Position numbers and translations under genes: made by a program
Notes under the pieces: model-generated
What the model was told of the DNA's origin: nothing
Databases searched by the model: none
The model's input: only the letters and a program-made list of their open reading frames with translations
Shown: positions 51,306 to 61,669 of the stretch, one piece after another
How positions within the stretch are numbered: position 1 is the first letter of the stretch
Layout: each line of letters opens with the position of its first letter
DNA from: Candidatus Binatia bacterium
Lineage (GTDB): Bacteria > Desulfobacterota > Binatia > UBA9968 > CAXXLF01
NCBI GenBank assembly: GCA_963664015.2
Contig: CAXXLF010000002.1
Span: forward strand, 1,504,001 to 1,568,000
Length of the DNA: 64,000 nucleotides
Direction of reading: 5' to 3'

Positions 51306-52397
51306 ATGGGACCCATCATCGATGCCGACACTCACGTTTCTGAGTCGGAACACATGTGGTCACTGTTTGAAAAGGAAATGTATCCGAAGCGGCCGGTTCT
51401 CGTGTCGGTCCCGGACGACACCGTATACGGTGGGCACAACGCATTCTGGCTGATCGACGGAAATATCGTACCCAAGCCTGGAGGCAAAGCGGGTAACGTA
51501 TTGATTACGCCTTCGGCGGCAAAATCACAGGCCTCACGAACGGACATCCCTATCGAATCCAGGGAACTCACCGACCCCCAGGTACGATTGCGGGATATGG
51601 ATCGTTTAAATATTCACACCCAGGTGGTTTATCCCACTCTATTCCTTGTCTATCTAACCGACGACGTTGCCCTCGAAGTGGCGTTGTGCCGGGCGTACAA
51701 CCGGTGGATGAGTGAGGCCTGCGCCAAAGGCGGAGAACGATTGAGATGGGTGGCGATTCCCCCGCTTCGGTCCGTCGAGGAATCCATTAAGGAGATCCGC
51801 TGGGCCAAAGAGCACGGCGCCGTAGGGCTTTTCTTCCGTGGGATTGAAAAAGACCTAAACCTTGACGATCCTTATTTCTTTCCCATCTACAAGGCAGCTA
51901 TGGACCATGATCTCTCTATCTGCATCCACACGGGGCCCGGCTCGCCTATTCTTTCCAGCCTATTCAATGTCGAGCGGCATTCGGCCTATGGCCATGGACG
52001 AATCCCGCCAATCATCGCTTTCAGGAATATCGTGGCCAATGGGATTCCCGAACTGTTCCCTACTCTCAAGTTTGGATTTATCGAGGCCTCCGCGGGATGG
52101 GTGCCATACGTGCTCCACGCTCTCAAGAGGCAATCCCTGCTCAGAGAAAAAGAGTTTTCCAGTGAGAATCTATTCAATAAATACAGACTCTTTGTGGCCT
52201 GTGAGGCGGATGAAGACATCGGGTATCTCGCGGGTTACATAGGCGAAGACAACATGATTATCGGCTCCGACTATAGCCATAGAGACCCGTCGGAGGAGCG
52301 GGAGCTCGTCAAGACAATGCGCTCTCGAGAGGATATCCCAGCTTACATTACGGAAAAGATTCTTTCTGATAATCCGAGAAGGTTCTATGGCCTATAG
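51306..52397 (+). CDS. Amidohydrolase_2 family protein
   Basis: IIDADTHVSE, QVVYPT, CIHTG and GSDYSHRD motifs. Confidence 0.9.
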   Translation: MGPIIDADTHVSESEHMWSLFEKEMYPKRPVLVSVPDDTVYGGHNAFWLIDGNIVPKPGGKAGNVLITPSAAKSQASRTDIPIESRELTDPQVRLRDMDRLNIHTQVVYPTLFLVYLTDDVALEVALCRAYNRWMSEACAKGGERLRWVAIPPLRSVEESIKEIRWAKEHGAVGLFFRGIEKDLNLDDPYFFPIYKAAMDHDLSICIHTGPGSPILSSLFNVERHSAYGHGRIPPIIAFRNIVANGIPELFPTLKFGFIEASAGWVPYVLHALKRQSLLREKEFSSENLFNKYRLFVACEADEDIGYLAGYIGEDNMIIGSDYSHRDPSEERELVKTMRSREDIPAYITEKILSDNPRRFYGL

Positions 52398-52479
52398 ATA
52401 TCCTGCCTATGATTTAGGCCGAATCTTACTACCACAGTCATGGGTTGGGAAAAGTGGGTTTGAATCACAGCATCCTACG

Positions 52480-53580
52480 CTAGCCCCACACCTCACGTGC
52501 TGTTTCAACGACCAGCTCCAGTTTGCGCCATTGGTCGTCCTCAGTGAGGAGATTACCTGCTAGCGTGGACGCGAAGCCGCACTGGGGGCTAAGCGCCAAC
52601 CGCTCCACAGGCACGTAGCGAGACGCTTCCTCGATGCGGCGTAGCAGGTGATCTTTCTGTTCGAGGAGCGGCCCCTTGGTACTCACCAGGCCCAGCACCA
52701 CGATCGGGCCGTCGGGGATGAACCTGAGCGGCTCGAACCCACCGGCACGGTCGGTGTCATACTCCAACAGGAGCCTGTCGGCTGCCAGTGACCCAAACAC
52801 CTTTTCTGCAATCGGTTCGTAGCCGCCCTCTTTTTGCCAGCGGCTACGACTGTTGCCCCTGCAGACATGGAACCCCACAACGGCTCCTTCGAGTCTTGCG
52901 GTTTCCAGACAAACATTGTCCGCTGCGATCAATTCGTCGAGCCGATTTTCTATATCAACCCCCGCGTCGGTCAGCTTTTGCCGATGAGCCGTACTGACAT
53001 AGTCCGAGTAGTTGGGTGAGTCCGTCTGGATATAGCTTGCTCCGTCAGCAACCGCAGCCTTGATTTCAGTCTGTAGGATTTGAACAATGTCTGCCAATAG
53101 ATCCTGCGGAGTCGGGTAAAACTGGTCGGTGACTCCTTTTAGAAAAGTACCGGCATACAACTGGGACGCACTTGGCAGAGTGAGTTTGAACCGACCCGGT
53201 GTGTGCTCTCTCAGAAATTCGGTTTCATGGGCTGTGAATCGATGGTGTTTTAGCTTGGCGGCCACGACCCTGGACGCGCTAGGGAGCTTGCCTCCCCCAG
53301 GTCCAAACCACTCTTGAATACGCGGCTCATTCGACGAGGTAAACCCCTCGAGCCAGTCGGTGGGACCCGAGTAGAAGGCACGACGTCGGAACTCGCCATC
53401 GACGAGAACGTCGATCCCAATGTTTCGCTGCATCTCCAAGGCGGCCATGATTGCCTTGTCCTCAACCTTACGAAGTTCCTCGAGCCCTATCTTGCTATCT
53501 GCATAATTCGCACGTGCGTCTAGCAGCTCCCTCGGGCGTAACAGGCTTCCAACCTGGTCTGATCTCAAAACTTTTCCCAT
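52480..53580 (-). CDS. Cobalamin-independent methionine synthase II family (MetE C-terminal-like) protein
   Basis: VGSLLRP, DGEFRR, HVCRGN, LEYD and SPQCGFAS motifs. Confidence 0.9.
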   Translation of the reverse strand: MGKVLRSDQVGSLLRPRELLDARANYADSKIGLEELRKVEDKAIMAALEMQRNIGIDVLVDGEFRRRAFYSGPTDWLEGFTSSNEPRIQEWFGPGGGKLPSASRVVAAKLKHHRFTAHETEFLREHTPGRFKLTLPSASQLYAGTFLKGVTDQFYPTPQDLLADIVQILQTEIKAAVADGASYIQTDSPNYSDYVSTAHRQKLTDAGVDIENRLDELIAADNVCLETARLEGAVVGFHVCRGNSRSRWQKEGGYEPIAEKVFGSLAADRLLLEYDTDRAGGFEPLRFIPDGPIVVLGLVSTKGPLLEQKDHLLRRIEEASRYVPVERLALSPQCGFASTLAGNLLTEDDQWRKLELVVETAREVWG

Positions 53581-53740
53581 CGTTTAGCCTTCTCTGCTCC
53601 GGGGATTCTACGACGTTCGGATTGCATTGTTCCAATGGACATTTGAAAAGAATAGAGCCTCCATGGGCTTATGCTCATGCTCTTCTGCGAAGGCGGATAA
53701 GATCAGGACCTGAACGCGCCTATGTGGCAGCCCCAAATTC

Positions 53741-54820
53741 TTACCGCTTGAAGACCTCTCGCAACAGACCGCCGAGTTTAATTCTCGCCTTCATGGCTTC
53801 CGGCGTATAGGTCTTGATAGAACCTGGGATTGGGACTCTCAATGGAGCATGGTCTATGCGTACATCCGATCGAGCACTGATATATCCAGTTACCTGGGTA
53901 TACGAGGTTTGGCCCTCTTTAGAGAGAAGCCAGTTGAAATAGACCTTCGCCGCATTGGGATGGGGCGCTCGGTTGAACATGGCTGTGGTTCCAGCAGCAG
54001 GATTCACAGCGGATCCCTCCCGCAGATGCCGGGGATCCAGAATAGCAATGGGTACCCCTTGCTTGATAACCGAATCCGCAACCGCGTCGGAACCGCCGAT
54101 TAGAATGGGGAATTTACCCTGGCCTATCATATCAATTTCCTGCCGGTAATTCTTAAGGACCACGAGGTTTTGACGGGCCAGCGCCCGGATAAAGTCGGGG
54201 CCCAGATCCGGATGAAGATAGAAAAAGTGTAGAGTTGCCTGCCCCGCGCCTGGAGTTCGGGGATCGTCCAGGACCAATTTACCCTTCCACTTGGGCTCCA
54301 GCAGGTCCTTATATGACTTGATCTCGTCCAGTTTGACCAGATTAGTACTGATAAAAAGCATGGGCTGCTGCGAGAGACACATAACGAGTAGCTGGCGACC
54401 GGGACCGAGGAATTCCATACCTCCCCCGCGCCAGTGCTTGGGATCTTTGACTTCGGGCCGAACAAGGGCAGGCTCCAAGGGAGCAAACGCCCCAATGGGG
54501 ATTAATGCCCGTTGCGCACTGCCGCTGCCACCGATAAAGAGATCCCAGAGGTAGTAGCCGGCTCGTTGCTCAGCTCCCACCAACGGCGGAATACTTGAAC
54601 TTCTCATCCCCCGGTATTCAACCCTGACTCCATACTTCTTCTCGAAAAGCCGGGTAAGGGCATCGCGCCTCTCGGAACCGGCAGGCCCGATGACGGACAC
54701 CTGGCCCTCCTGCCTGGCAGCTTTGACAACGTCTTCCCACTCTTGCTGCCAAGCGGGCTTCGCAGACACCAAGACCAATGTTGCTGCTATCAAAATCATC
54801 ATAAAGAAATTTCGTTTCAT
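53741..54820 (-). CDS. ABC substrate-binding protein
   Basis: Signal peptide, AARQEGQV, LLEPKWKGK and APHPNAAKVYFNWLLSKEGQ motifs. Confidence 0.9.
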   Translation of the reverse strand: MKRNFFMMILIAATLVLVSAKPAWQQEWEDVVKAARQEGQVSVIGPAGSERRDALTRLFEKKYGVRVEYRGMRSSSIPPLVGAEQRAGYYLWDLFIGGSGSAQRALIPIGAFAPLEPALVRPEVKDPKHWRGGGMEFLGPGRQLLVMCLSQQPMLFISTNLVKLDEIKSYKDLLEPKWKGKLVLDDPRTPGAGQATLHFFYLHPDLGPDFIRALARQNLVVLKNYRQEIDMIGQGKFPILIGGSDAVADSVIKQGVPIAILDPRHLREGSAVNPAAGTTAMFNRAPHPNAAKVYFNWLLSKEGQTSYTQVTGYISARSDVRIDHAPLRVPIPGSIKTYTPEAMKARIKLGGLLREVFKR

Positions 54821-54963
54821 GATGGGACCTCCCGCTCCAATATGACCTCACCTGTATAACGTGCCTATAACTCGTTAGGTTGAGAATGAAATTAGAACAG
54901 AGGGCGGATCATATCAATTGTTCGCGAATTTAAGAGTTGAGGGTAGGCCGGGTATTAACTAAG

Positions 54964-55053
54964 ACAAAGGGGTCCAGTCCGCTCCTGGCTCTTGACGTTC
55001 CCCGTTGGATCTAATACAGGGCCATATGGCTCCTTCGCAACGCATCGAACGTT
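54964..55053 (+). repeat. Left copy of ~90 bp imperfect direct repeat flanking the hydrolase
   Basis: ACAAAGGGGTCCAGTCCGCTCCT...TGACGTTCCCC...CTAAT... aligns with 56319-56411. Confidence 0.8.
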
Positions 55054-55121
55054 AGGGAAAGAATGGTTTTGAGATTTCGTTCCCGATATTTCAAGCCGGT
55101 GGTCCCACCCAATCTACACGA

Positions 55122-56312
55122 TTGAGATCGCCAAGAAACTGCGCACCTAAACGAGTGAAAATAACAGCAGACTACCGAACAGGACAGGATGAACCGATTC
55201 CTCAGGAAGACGAGTTGGCCAAAGATCTATTAACCCATCCTGGGCTTCCAGGTGGGGGGCAACTAGAGATTCGCATGGAGCTTTCGGCAAATCATTCTGA
55301 CCCTGACATCTCGGCGGTTGCTAGTCGATTGAAGCCTTGCGATCCCGAAAGCTGGTACGAGGAGTGACTGCCGGTCGCTGAGAGAAATGAGAACATGGCT
55401 GTCGGATTTGAAACCGTGGGTCGACGGATCACGGCCCATGAGTTTTACCGGCGCGCAGCGGATTTTTACCGCCGGGCTGTTCTTTTCATGCCGGAGTCGG
55501 AACCCCGCATGATCCCGGGCTATAACAGCTTGAGGGAAATGTTCGACAAGGCCTGGGAGATGGTCCCGCCACCTTTCGAGCTGATCAAGGTCCCCTTTGA
55601 AGGGCATAATCTCGAGGGGCTCTTTTACCCCGTTCGAGGAAAACCGGGCGCACGCCATCCGGTATTCTACAATTACGGCGGAGCAAATGGCATCTTGCAT
55701 AGGGGAAACGACGGGGGAGCGGGGGCCGCTCAGTATGTAAGGAGGGGCATGGCCTTTATAGATGTTGACGGTCCTGGACATGGAGGGGCCTTGCGTTTGA
55801 ATGGGCCCTACGCGCCGTCCGATTCGGAAAGGGTAGCCAAGGCCGTCATCGATTATCTACAAACCCGTCCTGATGTAGACGGCAACCGAATTGGCATTCA
55901 TGGTTCGAGCATGGGCTGGTACTCGGCACCGCGATGCGCGACGGCGAAGAAACGGATCAAGGCTGTGGCGGTCTGGAGTGGGGCCTTTAGTCTGCGTGAC
56001 GATATTTTCGATTATTACCCGCCCATTCAGGAACGATTGCGCTGGCTGATCGGTGCTAAGGACTTACGTGAGGCGCGGGGAAAAATAAGCGCCTTCACGC
56101 TGGAAGGTATGGCGGAGCGTATCGAATGTCCCATGCTGATCGGCTACAGCAGAGACGATCGAATTATGGACCCACGGGGAGCGCTTCGCCTCCACCAGAA
56201 GGCCGTGAACTCAAAACGGCGCATGTTGAACGGTGTCGGTCACGGTGAAAAACGCTTTGATCGCAAAACTGACATAGCCGACTGGTTCATGGAGCAGCTC
56301 GGTGCCGGCTAA
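55122..56312 (+). pseudogene. Alpha/beta hydrolase (FrsA/2,6-dihydroxypseudooxynicotine hydrolase-like) with in-frame TGA at 55365; start uncertain
   Basis: ORFs 55122-55367 and 55395-56312 share a frame. DPESWYEE*, VDGPGHG and GSSMG motifs. Confidence 0.75.
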
Positions 56313-56318
56313 TCTCAA

Positions 56319-56411
56319 ACAAAGGAGTCAAGTCCGCTCCTATTTCGTGACGTACCCCCTATGACCTAATGAGAGGGGCAATAGGGCTCATCCGCTACAC
56401 ATGAAAAAGTT
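56319..56411 (+). repeat. Right copy of direct repeat flanking the hydrolase
   Basis: ACAAAGGAGTCAAGTCCGCTCCT...TGACGTACCCC...CTAAT... Confidence 0.8.
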
Positions 56412-56458
56412 GCTGGACTCACAAGAAGACTCTCAGCGATCCCTATAGGAGGCCTACT

Positions 56459-57217
56459 GTGCTCAATGAAAAAGTCGTTATTGTGACCGGTGGTGCAAAG
56501 GGTATTGGACGTTACGCGGCATATGGTTTCGCCGATGCTGGAGCCAAGCTTTCAATCTGGGATATTGTCCTTAATGACGACACCACGAATGAGCTGAAGG
56601 CAAAAGGCGTCGAGGTCTTGCCGTTACAGGTGGACGTTCGGAGCGAGGACCAAATTCAACGGGCGACAACAGAGGTCGCGAAACGCTTTGGAAGGATTGA
56701 TGTACTCTTGAACAATGCCGGCTTGGTCACTCACCCGGCGTGGACGCGGAGCTGGGGCCCTATCGTGGAGATGGGAAAGAGCTTCTGGGATCGGGTCATC
56801 GAAACAAACCTCACCGGGACCATGCTCTGTACAAAGCACGTACTTCCCCACATGATCAAGCAGCAGTCCGGACATGTCATCAACGTCTACGGAGGAACTG
56901 CCAGCGCCAAGCGTATCGGAGCCTGCGCCTACCTGGTCACCAAGGACGCGCTGCGCTCATTCACCAGGTTCGTAGCAGAGGAAGTACGCGAGCATAATGT
57001 CTGTGTGGTAATCGCGGGGCCAGGTAGCGCCATCGCTACGGAAGAGGCCCCCGATGATGTGAGAAGCCGTATGCCGGGCCCTGAATCAGTTGGAGATACT
57101 TACTTGCTTGCGGCGGGAGCACCCATGGAGTTTTCAGGATTTTACGTGCGGCGGGTCGATAAGGAACTGATACTTGATAAGGACCCCGACAGCCTCTGGT
57201 GGTTCAAGACCGAGTGA
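56459..57217 (+). CDS. SDR oxidoreductase
   Basis: TGGAKGIG, NNAG and YLVTK motifs. Confidence 0.88.
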   Translation: MLNEKVVIVTGGAKGIGRYAAYGFADAGAKLSIWDIVLNDDTTNELKAKGVEVLPLQVDVRSEDQIQRATTEVAKRFGRIDVLLNNAGLVTHPAWTRSWGPIVEMGKSFWDRVIETNLTGTMLCTKHVLPHMIKQQSGHVINVYGGTASAKRIGACAYLVTKDALRSFTRFVAEEVREHNVCVVIAGPGSAIATEEAPDDVRSRMPGPESVGDTYLLAAGAPMEFSGFYVRRVDKELILDKDPDSLWWFKTE

Positions 57218-57531
57218 AACCATTGGGGTGGCCGGGTCCCGTTGGCGCAGAAGCTAGGAAGTGGACAGCCACTAGGGACCACAGCCTACAGGACTACTGA
57301 CAACCGTGGGAAGAGGGACTGAACATAAAAGGTTACGTGTGAAGCGAAGAAGAAGGCGTCAAATCGTTTTTTGACAAAGTGCTTCGCACACCTATCTGGA
57401 GTCCAAACTACACCTCTTCGACTTGACTGCGTGGCTGCCAAGACCGATACGCCAACGGATCGAACGACAGGGAAGACCTAGCATAGGAATGCATGTGCCA
57501 ATAGGAGTAGGATAGGTCGCGGGGGAACACT

Positions 57532-59037
57532 ATGGAAGAACATTATGATGTCATCATTGTCGGGGGCGGCTCGGCGGGTTGTGTGGCGGCTACGCGGCTA
57601 TCGGAGGACCCGAAACTAAAAGTGCTTTTGTTGGAAGCTGGGCCCGATCCACGGCCCCTTCCCGAGATCGTAGCGAAGGGAACTCGGGCGGTTCAGGCCC
57701 TTCTCCAGAGCCCCTACCTGAACATGTATCCCGCGCGCAGAAACCTGGACGGCAGCCCGATGCATTTCTTGTCAGGGAGAATCCTGGGAGGAGGCTCCTC
57801 GGTCAATATGATGTCGGCCACGCGTCCTATCGAGGCCGACTTCGTCAGATGGGCTCGACAAGGAAATCCCAGTTGGTCCTGGGAGAAAGTCCTGCCGGTG
57901 CTCCGCCGGCTCGAAGCGGACCAGGACTATCCCGATAGCCCGCTTCATGGCAAAGACGGGCCTATCACCGTGGAGCGCCAGTTCAAATTTGGAGAGTCCA
58001 TTTCCGGTCCGTACAAGGCATTGATCGAGGCGGCCTCCGAATTGGGATTGCCACTTTGCCCGGACCAAAACATTCCTAACCCCTACGGAATCTGCCCGCC
58101 TGCCCTCAATATTAAAGAAGGACTGCGCCAATCGACATCCGTTGCATACCTGGAGCCGGCCCGCTCCCGACCCAACCTGACAATTGTCTCCAACGCCTTG
58201 GCGGTGGGCTTAGAACTCGCAGGGACCAAAGTTCAAGGGGTTCGCTACGAGAGGGATGGAGCCACACACAGGGTATCGGGGAATCAGGTCGGATTGACGG
58301 CAGGTGCTCTGCACAGCCCGCAAATCCTAATGCTTTCCGGGATTGGATCACCAGATGAGCTAGAACGTCACGGCATCCGTATCGTGCTCCCACTCCCGGG
58401 CGTGGGGAAAAACTATCAGGACCATGCAGGAATCTCCATGTCCTACGAGGCGGTTCAAGAGCATATGAAACCCGAAAAGCATCATGGCTTACGGCTCTTT
58501 TTCAAGAGCCGCCCGGAACGGGACCATTTGGACTTTCACCTCATTATGCGTGAACCCACCGTGATTCCCGGCCTCAAAACCTTGCTTGCTTTCACTGCCT
58601 TTCTTCTGGAGCAGCGTAGCCGAGGGTCCCTCACGCTGAAGAGCGCGGACCCTCATGAATTACCGAACATTGATTCGCAGATGCTGACAGACCCACAGGA
58701 CATCGAGGCCGCGACAACAGTCATGAAGTTTATTCACAAGCTCGTCCGGACGGGACCCATGAAGGAGTTTTTTGGTCCGGTCGTTAGCCCCACAGAAGAA
58801 GAGGATTGGGCCCGATTCGCCCGCTCCACCTATACGACTTATCAGCATGCCTCCGGGACGTGCAAAATGGGTCCTGCGTCGGACCCCCTGGCGGTGGTCA
58901 ATGAAAAACTCCAGGCCCACGGCATAGAAAACCTATGGATTGCTGACGCCTCCATCATGCCTACGGTGCCCCATGCGAACACAAACCTGACGACCATTAT
59001 GATCGCCGAGCGACTGTGCGATTTTATGCAAGCTTGA
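57532..59037 (+). CDS. GMC family oxidoreductase (choline dehydrogenase-like)
   Basis: GGGSAG, GRILGGGSSVN, SPQILMLSGIG, HASGTCKMG and DASIMP...ANTN motifs. Confidence 0.92.
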   Translation: MEEHYDVIIVGGGSAGCVAATRLSEDPKLKVLLLEAGPDPRPLPEIVAKGTRAVQALLQSPYLNMYPARRNLDGSPMHFLSGRILGGGSSVNMMSATRPIEADFVRWARQGNPSWSWEKVLPVLRRLEADQDYPDSPLHGKDGPITVERQFKFGESISGPYKALIEAASELGLPLCPDQNIPNPYGICPPALNIKEGLRQSTSVAYLEPARSRPNLTIVSNALAVGLELAGTKVQGVRYERDGATHRVSGNQVGLTAGALHSPQILMLSGIGSPDELERHGIRIVLPLPGVGKNYQDHAGISMSYEAVQEHMKPEKHHGLRLFFKSRPERDHLDFHLIMREPTVIPGLKTLLAFTAFLLEQRSRGSLTLKSADPHELPNIDSQMLTDPQDIEAATTVMKFIHKLVRTGPMKEFFGPVVSPTEEEDWARFARSTYTTYQHASGTCKMGPASDPLAVVNEKLQAHGIENLWIADASIMPTVPHANTNLTTIMIAERLCDFMQA

Positions 59038-59366
59038 GCGTCAGCGGCCGGGTCTATGACAATGCAAGTAAAAAGGGCTTGGGAAAAGAGCTGCCGAAAG
59101 AGATGTTTTTGCAGGACATTCCCACATAAACTTGAGCACTGGGGTCGGTCATACCTTTTTCCGAACGAGAACGGGTTTGCTAATTTGGAGTAGGCGTAAC
59201 ATTCGGACTGACGTCTAGTAGCCTGAATTTACATGACCTGACAGATAGAAAACCGGCTCGACCGTTCTCCTATCTATTAGCTAAACATCGAAGTACGAAT
59301 ACCCAGTAACCGTTGACAGAGCGTAATGCAGAGGCAAGACAATCTCCCCAAACACTCGGAAGTTAG

Positions 59367-59717
59367 ATGTTCGAGATCTTGATAGCAGTAGGCATCTTTA
59401 CGGTGCTCGTCTTGGTTGCCGCCGGCGATCAGCTCTTGCATGGGCACGGGCTTTTAATCATCGGTACCGTCACGGCAGCTTTGGGACTTATCGTTGGTGT
59501 TTCTGTAGGGATCCGCTATCACCTAGCTCTTTACCGCACCCTTGAGCCCTTAGGAATACTGGAGCCTCGCTGGTGGTGACAACCCACGAGCTATAACGCT
59601 CATCTCCCCTCCGCAAACAGCCGCACGGTGATGACGTGGTTTTACGCAGGAGTGGCTAGCATGGTTGTGGTGTTGGTCGGTTGCGCTTTGATTCTCGCCG
59701 GCACCTTGATAATGTGA
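59367..59717 (+). pseudogene. Small membrane protein with in-frame TGA at 59577
   Basis: The hydrophobic frame continues past the stop (QPTSYNAHL...WFYAGVASMVVVLVGCALIL). Confidence 0.6.
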
Positions 59718-59874
59718 AACGTTCGAGCATGGCGCAAAGCGATAAGAGGGGGGGCAACAGGGAAGCTATCAGATCGTTACGACTGGTTGTCAGTTCTGAC
59801 TTCGATCCTCAGGGGATCAATGGACTTAAGGTCGCGGTGCAGGGGGTGTAGTTGTAGCGCAGGGTCGACAGTCT

Positions 59875-60322
59875 TCACGCTTTTTTCTTCATTTTGTTTG
59901 TTCCAGCGGAATAGACGAGGGACAGGTAGGAAGGTTTTTTGGTTTGGGAATCCCCATGGGGATTCAGGAGCCTTTCAATACGATCAATCAGCTGTTCGTA
60001 TGTAAACGGCTTGGCGAGAAAGTCGTTCGAGCCGCTTTGCCGGACTTTCTCTTTATCCTTGAAGGAAACCCTTGCAGTCACGGTCAGCATGGGGATGGAA
60101 ATAGTGCCCGGGTTATGACGAATCAAACGGGTGGCTTGAAGGCCGTCCATTTCGGGCATCAAGATGTCCATCAGAATAAGGTCCGGCTGATGGATTGCGG
60201 CCATATCCACTGCTTCCCTACCGTTCACCGCTACAATGGTTTCATAGGAAGCCTTAAGAATCTCCCGTAATATCATGAGGATATCCGGATTGTTCTCCAA
60301 TATAAAGGATTGTCTTCGCCAT
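59875..60322 (-). pseudogene. Single-domain response regulator, frameshift just after the start
   Basis: PDLILMDILMPEMDG and FLAKPF motifs; the ATG at 60322 (MAKTIL) is out of frame. Confidence 0.75.
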
Positions 60323-60684
60323 GGTCCTGCTTTTTTAGTGCAAAAGAGGTGCCAAGATTCAACAGTTGGAGACCGAATTCTTCCTAATTGACGAACGGGC
60401 ACAAAGCATTTTTATATCGCCCAGGGTGGTACGAACATCGTCGGTTTGTTTGTGGAGCGTTTTAAATAGACAGCTGGCAGGGAGCGGCAATCCGGACTAC
60501 AGGACAACTGACAGAAGTAAAACAGCAGGCAGTAGCTAGGGAGAGACTCCGTGCCGGATACTGAGGACTGATCACTGAATACTGACGACCGAATAGTTAC
60601 GAGCCCGGAGCTGCCATCTGCCCAGTGCCCACTCCTCACGGTGCTCTGCTCTATGCGTTTTGCTTTCTGGTCTTGTGGTCCCGC

Positions 60685-61469
60685 CTATCGGACGGGGACG
60701 AGTATGATTTCTATGCGTCTATTTTGGCTTCGTGTTTCCTCTGAATTGTTTGGGGCGATGGGTCGGTAATAACTGACCCCACTAGCGGTCATTTTTTCCG
60801 GCTGGATATTCCCTTTTTCCTGCAACAAACGCACCACAGCTGCTGATCTGGCAGTGGATAGCTCCCAGTTGGCCAGGAACCTTTCCGTCAATGAATACCG
60901 GATATCAAGATTATCCGTATGTCCTTCCACCACAATAGTCCTACTGGTATCCTCTTCAAAAGATTGCGCCAAGGTCAAAAGGACTTCCTGCCCCTGTCCT
61001 TAATCTTCGTGCTTCCCGAGTCGAATAGAATCTTATCCACAAACGTTACCCTTAGCTTGCCTTCTATCTCTTCGATTTTGACGTCCTTTTCGGCAATCTA
61101 GTCTTTTAGACTGCGCCCTATTTCTCTACGGGTTCGATCCAATTCGGATATCTTCATTTCTTTTTGCTGAACAACGGGTTGGGTTTGCGCCAAGGCAAGT
61201 TTCAACTCACCTATGGCATCCTCTTGTTGCCGGATAGCAGATTGCGCCTGGCTCAGGTTGCGCTTCAAACCTTCTATGGTGCCCGAGAGGCGTGCGTTTT
61301 CACTTTGGAGTTCATTGTGGCGTGTCTGGAGGTCCGATAGGGAATCGTTCTTTTCTTTCAACTGTGAGTTGGAATTCGTTTCCAGGTCCGTATACGTCCC
61401 TTTCGTTACGCACGATGAAAGGAAAAGACAAATGAGACACGAGGTATAAAACAACGATTTATGGAACAT
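60685..61469 (-). pseudogene. OmpA/MotB family lipoprotein with stop and frameshift
   Basis: Lipobox LSSC, coiled coil, TAG at 61098, then VEGHTDN, NWELSTARS and NRRIEI motifs. Confidence 0.85.
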
Positions 61470-61669
61470 AGCTCTTTTCTCTTTAGAGAGCGAATTAAGA
61501 ATAGAACCTTGATTTTAAATTTCAGTCGCCAGGAACTGGAAAGTTTCGAAAACGGTCATCGATCGGTCGGGATTCGAACGGGCAAGTGGTTCATTTCGCC
61601 CTAGATTGGACCTGCGTATAGCTTACGCTTCGAAGATGTAGCATTTTAATTCGGGAAGAAGTCCCAATG

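Noticed and set aside
55365-59579. In-frame TGA at 55365 and 59577 as Sec or UGA=Trp recoding
   Set aside because: The contexts are not Cys-like, many intact genes end in TGA, and other relics have TAG/TAA stops. Ordinary nonsense mutations are more likely.
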